Below are positions 59,403 to 64,000 of a stretch of 64,000 nucleotides of DNA, one piece after another. Origin of the DNA: Acidobacteriota bacterium. GTDB taxonomy: Bacteria > Acidobacteriota > Vicinamibacteria > Marinacidobacterales > Marinacidobacteraceae. A program made the translations under genes and the position numbers. The stretch is taken from contig JAJDUD010000021.1 in assembly GCA_022826825.1 (NCBI GenBank), positions 7,610-71,609 on the forward strand, given 5' to 3'. Every line of letters begins with the position of its first letter. Position 1 is the first letter of the stretch. The notes beneath the pieces were generated by a model, which was not told where the DNA came from, made no database searches, and was given only the letters and a program-made list of their open reading frames with translations.

Positions 59403-59970
59403 AACGGCATTCGACCCGGAAACGCTGCTCGCGGCGCTTCACCGGGAGGAAGTCCGTTTCGTCCTGATCGGGGGGATGGCTGCGGTTCTGCACGGTGACC
59501 CGGGAGTCACCCTGGACCTCGACATCGCGCCGGCGTCCGACCCGCAGAACCTGTCACGACTCGCAGCCGTACTCCGAAGTCTGGACGCGCGCATCCGCAC
59601 CGAGGAGGCGCCGGAAGGGCTGCCTCTCGACTGCTCACCGGAGTTCTTGGAGAAGCTCGGTCCCGGCGCCATCCTGAATCTCACCACGCGTGCCGGCGCG
59701 CTGGACATCGCCTTCGTTCCCGCCGGCACCGCCGGCTATGGCGATCTGAAGCGCGACGCCATCCCGCTCGAGACCTCCCCCGGTGTCTTCATCCTGGTGG
59801 CCTCGCTGCCGGACGTGATCCGCTCGAAGAGCGCCGCCGACCGGGAGAAGGACCGCCGGGCCTTGCCGCGGCTCTACAGCCTGTTGGAACGGACGGCGGG
59901 GCGGCGGGAGCGCCGGTCTTCAGACCAGGAGCGCCGGTCTTCAGACCAGGAGCGCCGGTCTTCAGACTAG
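59395..59970 (+). CDS. Nucleotidyltransferase-fold protein (putative toxin)
   Basis: FVLIGGMAAVLHG, TLDLDI, DVIRSKSAADREKD; repeat-derived ERRSSDQ tail. Confidence 0.8.
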   Translation: MRETAFDPETLLAALHREEVRFVLIGGMAAVLHGDPGVTLDLDIAPASDPQNLSRLAAVLRSLDARIRTEEAPEGLPLDCSPEFLEKLGPGAILNLTTRAGALDIAFVPAGTAGYGDLKRDAIPLETSPGVFILVASLPDVIRSKSAADREKDRRALPRLYSLLERTAGRRERRSSDQERRSSDQERRSSD

Positions 59971-59990
59971 GAGCGCCGGTCTTCAGACCG
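59907..59990 (+). repeat. Tandem 4 x 21-bp repeat of the REP first hairpin
   Basis: GGAGCGCCGGTCTTCAGACCA units at 59907, 59928, 59949, 59970. Confidence 0.9.
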
Positions 59991-60188
59991 GCATCGCGGC
60001 CGCAGGCCGCGAAACTCCCGGCGCCATCGCGCCACATTGCGGGGACCCGAAACGAAGACGGCGAAAGCGGAGTACGCGCGCGCAGTTGTCGTCGCGCCAT
60101 TCCCCTTGACGGGGGCGCCATGCGGCGAAAGGAAGCCCAGGAGTTTCGCCCGCTGCGCGGGCGATGCCGGTCTGAAGACCGGCGCTCC
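59970..60188 (-). mobile_element. 219-bp REPIN/MITE-like element, copy 2
   Basis: Terminal inverted repeats; reverse complement aligns end to end with 20978-21195. Confidence 0.75.
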
Positions 60189-60254
60189 TTGCGCTCCGCT
60201 GCCGCGCGCGCTTGACGGGGGGCGGCGTTGTGGGGTTGTTGGGCGGGGCGTCGG

Positions 60255-61598
60255 TTAGCCGAGCACCTCTTCGAGGGCGCCGGCGACGGCGTCGGCGATC
60301 TGGGCCAGGTCGGCCGAGGTGGAGCAGACCGGCGGGGCGCAGACGAAGACGTCGCCGCGGAGGCGGCTGAACACCCCGCGCTCGTCGATCGCCTTCAGGA
60401 GGCGCGGGCCGACCTTCTCCGACGCCGGGAAGAGTTCCCGCGTCTCGCGGTCGGCCACCACCTCGACGGCCGCCATCAGACCCTTGCCGCGGACCTCGCC
60501 GACGTTCGGGTGGCCGCCGCAGGCCTGTTCGAGGTTGCGGATCAGCTCGGCCCCCTTCTCCCCCGCCATCTCCACGAGCCCCTCCTCGCGGATGATGCGG
60601 AGGTTCTCGAGCGCGACCGCGCAGGAGACCGGGTGGGCGCTGTAGGTGTAGGCGTGCATCCAGACCGGGTCGCCCCCGTCGAGGGTCTCGGCTACGCGAT
60701 CCGACAGGCCGATCCCGCCGAGCGGGATGTGCCCCGAGGTGATGGCCTTCGCGAACTGCATGATGTCGGGCTCGATGCCCCAGTGGTTGAGCCCGAACAT
60801 CGTTCCCGTGCGGCCGAAGCCGGTGATCACCTCGTCGGAGACGAGCAGCACCTCGTAGCGGTCGCAGATCTCCCGGATCCGGGGGAAGTAGTCGTCGGTG
60901 GGAACGATCACGCCGCCCGCGCCCTGGACCGGCTCGGCGATGAACATCGCGACGGTGTCGGGCCCCTCTTCCAGGATCGCCGTCTCCAGCTCGTCGGCGG
61001 CGGCCTCCCCCCGGGTCTTCCCCGGCGGGGGATCGTAGAAGTAGGGATACGGCGAGCCGATGTGGCGGAACCCGGGGATCCGGGGTTCGAACATGGGCCA
61101 GTAGACGCTCATTCCGGTGGCGCACATGGCGGCGAGCGTCACCCCGTGGTAGCCCCAGATGCGGGAGATGACCTTCGTCTTCTCCGGCTTGCCGCGGACC
61201 TTCCAGAAATAGCGGGCGGTCTTGATGCTCGAGTCGGTGGACTCGCCGCCACCCGAGGTCAGGAAGAACCGGTTGATGCTCGGGTAGGCGATCTCGGCCA
61301 GCGTTTCCGCGAGCGCGATGGCCTGCGGGTTGGAGCTTCCCGCGTACCCCGAGGCGTAGGCCAGTTGCCGCATCTGGTTCGCGGCGGCGGCGGCGAGTTC
61401 CGGGCGGCTATGCCCGAGAAAGACGTTCCAGAGGCCCGAGAGGGCGTCCACGTAGTCCCGGCCGTCGGCGTCGAAGAGCCGGGCGCCCTCGCCGCGCACC
61501 CAGACGTGTCCGGCGGCGGTCGCCGCGCCCGAGTGGATCGGGTGGATCAGGTGTTCGGCGTCCCGCTCGAGGAGCGCCGCCTTGCTGGTTTCGGACAT
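60255..61598 (-). CDS. Class III PLP-dependent aminotransferase
   Basis: DALSGLWNV, YHGVT, AEPVQGAGG, DEVITGFGRTG, FAKAITSG. Confidence 0.95.
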   Translation of the reverse strand: MSETSKAALLERDAEHLIHPIHSGAATAAGHVWVRGEGARLFDADGRDYVDALSGLWNVFLGHSRPELAAAAANQMRQLAYASGYAGSSNPQAIALAETLAEIAYPSINRFFLTSGGGESTDSSIKTARYFWKVRGKPEKTKVISRIWGYHGVTLAAMCATGMSVYWPMFEPRIPGFRHIGSPYPYFYDPPPGKTRGEAAADELETAILEEGPDTVAMFIAEPVQGAGGVIVPTDDYFPRIREICDRYEVLLVSDEVITGFGRTGTMFGLNHWGIEPDIMQFAKAITSGHIPLGGIGLSDRVAETLDGGDPVWMHAYTYSAHPVSCAVALENLRIIREEGLVEMAGEKGAELIRNLEQACGGHPNVGEVRGKGLMAAVEVVADRETRELFPASEKVGPRLLKAIDERGVFSRLRGDVFVCAPPVCSTSADLAQIADAVAGALEEVLG

Positions 61599-61643
61599 GG
61601 GCCTTCCCTTCGGTGTCTGGTTCGGGTCTCCCGGCGGACGGGC

Positions 61644-62579
61644 TCAGCGGCCGGCGGCCTGGTGGCCGACGGCGAGCGCCTCCGGAGACGTCACGATGAA
61701 AACGCGGAACCCCTGCTCGATCCGCATGGCGATGTCATCCGGGCCCGCGGTGATGCCGCAGGGGACGCCGGCCTCGAGACAGGCGGCGAGGACGGTCTGG
61801 ATCGCTTCTTCCACCGCCTCCATGTCGCCCTCGTAGGCGCGCCGCAGGTCGCCGGGACCCGGGGAAACGATGCTGATGCCGGGAACGCTGGTGATCGCGA
61901 GCGCGTCCTCGATCCCCACCTTGTCCTCGATGAGCAGCATGCTGACGAGTTCGCCCGCCGGGTCGAGCGGCCACACGCCGGCCCGGCTCGCGTAGTCCTC
62001 CGGCGAAACGCCGAAGACCCGCGCCGCTTCGGGGGCCGCGTCCCCGCGGAGCCCGCCGGCGCCCGCCGGGCGCATCGAGGCCACCGCGTGGGCGGCCTCC
62101 TCGGCCGTCTCCACGTGCGGGAAGACGATGCCGTAGGCCCCGGCGTCGAGTCCGGCCGCGGTCCGCTCCGCCGCCGCGTCCATCCCGTCCCGGATCGGAG
62201 GAATGCGGAGCAGGACCGGATGCGGATTGGCGGACCCGCGCGCGTCCGGCGGCGACAGCGCTTCCTGGTAGGCGGACATCGTGGGGAGGTCGAAGGGCCC
62301 CCGCTCGAGCGAGTAGAAGATGAAGTCGGCCAGCTCCTGCTGCGCCATCTCCATGGCCGTCTCCGGGGTCCGCTCGCCCGAGAAGATCCCGAAGACCACC
62401 TGTCCGTCCGCGAGCAGCGCGGCGACCCGGTTCCACGACGGGCCTCCGTTCCCGGCCGGCTCGGCCTCCGCAGCCTCCTCTTCCGCCGTCACCCGGTCGT
62501 CCGCCGGCGGGGACGAACAGGCGGCGAGGCCCAGGAGGGACAGAAGGACGGCGACGGCAAGGGAAACGGGGATCTTCAT
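61644..62579 (-). CDS. HpcH/HpaI aldolase-family protein with lipoprotein signal
   Basis: LLRIP, LDAGAYGIVFPHVET, LLIED, GPGDL; lipobox LAAC. Confidence 0.8.
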   Translation of the reverse strand: MKIPVSLAVAVLLSLLGLAACSSPPADDRVTAEEEAAEAEPAGNGGPSWNRVAALLADGQVVFGIFSGERTPETAMEMAQQELADFIFYSLERGPFDLPTMSAYQEALSPPDARGSANPHPVLLRIPPIRDGMDAAAERTAAGLDAGAYGIVFPHVETAEEAAHAVASMRPAGAGGLRGDAAPEAARVFGVSPEDYASRAGVWPLDPAGELVSMLLIEDKVGIEDALAITSVPGISIVSPGPGDLRRAYEGDMEAVEEAIQTVLAACLEAGVPCGITAGPDDIAMRIEQGFRVFIVTSPEALAVGHQAAGR

Positions 62580-62728
62580 GGGACGGGCGCTCCGCGGGGA
62601 CGGGCTATCCTACCCGGTCGAAAGCGGCCCGTTCCGCTTCTTCAGGGTTCCCGGATCGCCCCCGGAATCCACGGGTGTTCTTCCTGTGATTCCGGGGGCT
62701 TGCCTTTTCCAAAGCAAGGAGACAACTC

Positions 62729-63229
62729 ATGGCTACCGTCACGCTCGGCGGCACTCCGTTCGCCATCTCGGGCGACATTCCCGCGGCCGGAGACGCCGCG
62801 CCCGGTTTCACGCTCACGGGCGGCGACCTGGGCGACATCTCGCTCGGCGACTACGCCGGGCAGCGGCTGATCCTGAACGTCTTCCCGAGCGTGGACACCC
62901 CGGTGTGCGCCGCTTCGGTCCGGCGCTTCAACGAGGAAGCCGCGGCGCTCGAGGGCGTGTCGGTCCTGTGCGTCTCGCGGGACCTCCCCTTCGCCCACGG
63001 GCGCTTCTGCGCCGCCGAGAACATCGAGGCGGTGAGCTGCGCTTCGGAGATGCGCGACGGCTCGTTCGGCGACGCCTACGGCCTGCGGATCACCGAGGGG
63101 CCGCTCGCCGGCCTGCTGGCGCGCGCGGTAGTCGTCGTGGACGGCGACGGCAGGGTCCGCTACTCCCAGCTCGTGCCCGAGATCAAGGAAGAACCGGACT
63201 ACGGCGCGGCGCTGGCGGCGTGTAGCTGA
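62729..63229 (+). CDS. tpx: Thiol peroxidase
   Basis: FPSVDTPVCA, SRDLPFA, RFC; RBS AAGGAG. Confidence 0.95.
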   Translation: MATVTLGGTPFAISGDIPAAGDAAPGFTLTGGDLGDISLGDYAGQRLILNVFPSVDTPVCAASVRRFNEEAAALEGVSVLCVSRDLPFAHGRFCAAENIEAVSCASEMRDGSFGDAYGLRITEGPLAGLLARAVVVVDGDGRVRYSQLVPEIKEEPDYGAALAACS

Positions 63230-63393
63230 CACTCCGTGACGGACGGCGCCGGGAACGCCCGGCAGGGAGTCCGGATCCCCCGCCAACTGCGTGATAAAGT
63301 CGCGAATTCGTTGCATCTTCCGGCGCTTCCCGACCTGAGAAACCAGTCTCCCCCACGAAATTGACGGTCGCGCAGGAGGGGGGAGCCGACCTC

Positions 63394-64000
63394 ATGGAAC
63401 CCCCATCCGGGGAAGAACTGTCTGACGAAGAACTGTCCGAGGACGAACTGATCGGCGAGGATTCCGAGGACGGCGGTCTCCCGGCCCCGGTTCCGGGCGT
63501 CTTCGAGCTGGGCGATTTCATCTTTTATCCGCAGATCGGTCATTGCGACGTCGGGGAGGTGATCCACGACGCCCAGACCGGCCTCGAGCTCCTCGAGCTG
63601 AACCCGCAGGACTCCTCGACCGGGAACCGCATCCTGGTGCCGGTGGGACAGTTGACCACGCGCGGCATCCGCCACGCCGGGGACTCCCCCGGAGTCATCG
63701 AGGAGGTCCTCGGTTCGGACTTCGAACCGACCATCGACGACGCCTCCGAGCGCCTCGACCTGATCACCGCCCAGGAACGCGAGGGCACGGTCTTCAGCCT
63801 CGCCCACGCGCTCAAGCGGCTCCACCTCCGGCACGAGATGAAGACCATCAGCCGGGAAGAGGAGAAGCGCCGCTCCCGCATCCGCAAGTGGCTGGTCGTG
63901 GAGTACATGACGGAGAAGGAGGGAACGAGCGGCCAGGCGCAGTCGGCGATCACCCGCCTGCTCTCCCGGACCATGAACGCCGTCCGGGAGCGCGAGAAGG
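63394..64000 (+). CDS. CarD-like transcriptional regulator, truncated by the window end
   Basis: Hand translation: acidic N-terminus, FELGDFIFYPQIGHCDV, ILVPV, RGIR; open to the end. Confidence 0.7.
   Translation, partial: MEPPSGEELSDEELSEDELIGEDSEDGGLPAPVPGVFELGDFIFYPQIGHCDVGEVIHDAQTGLELLELNPQDSSTGNRILVPVGQLTTRGIRHAGDSPGVIEEVLGSDFEPTIDDASERLDLITAQEREGTVFSLAHALKRLHLRHEMKTISREEEKRRSRIRKWLVVEYMTEKEGTSGQAQSAITRLLSRTMNAVREREK

Noticed and set aside
59907-59990. CRISPR-like array
   Set aside because: The units are directly adjacent with no spacers, no cas genes are present, and the sequence derives from the REP

Overview
GC-rich bacterial chromosomal segment. The PadR plus duplicated orphan ABC permease pair suggests Acidobacteriota or a similar lineage (inference). 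About 58 protein genes were called. The backbone includes PBP1A, lemA/TPM, lon, a DnaJ/CbpA protein, tsaC, xerD, murJ, a 10-gene MrpA-less Mrp Na+/H+ antiporter operon, rpsT, fetAB, ahcY, tpx and a CarD-like gene cut by the window end. Accessory content includes two tandem triplications of exported hydrolases (three S9 peptidases; three erythromycin-esterase-family lipoproteins) and four toxin-antitoxin-type loci, three of which look damaged. The most striking non-coding signal is a dispersed family of double-hairpin REP-like repeats (about 15 copies). They form a 218-219 bp element with terminal inverted repeats present twice, bracket a higBA module as roughly 92-bp direct repeats, surround an orphan gene, and have expanded as a 21-bp tandem into a gene's 3' end. 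No cognate transposase is present in the window. Several genes look leaderless. No rRNA, tRNA or CRISPR array was seen. All calls are by eye from motifs; no database search was run.
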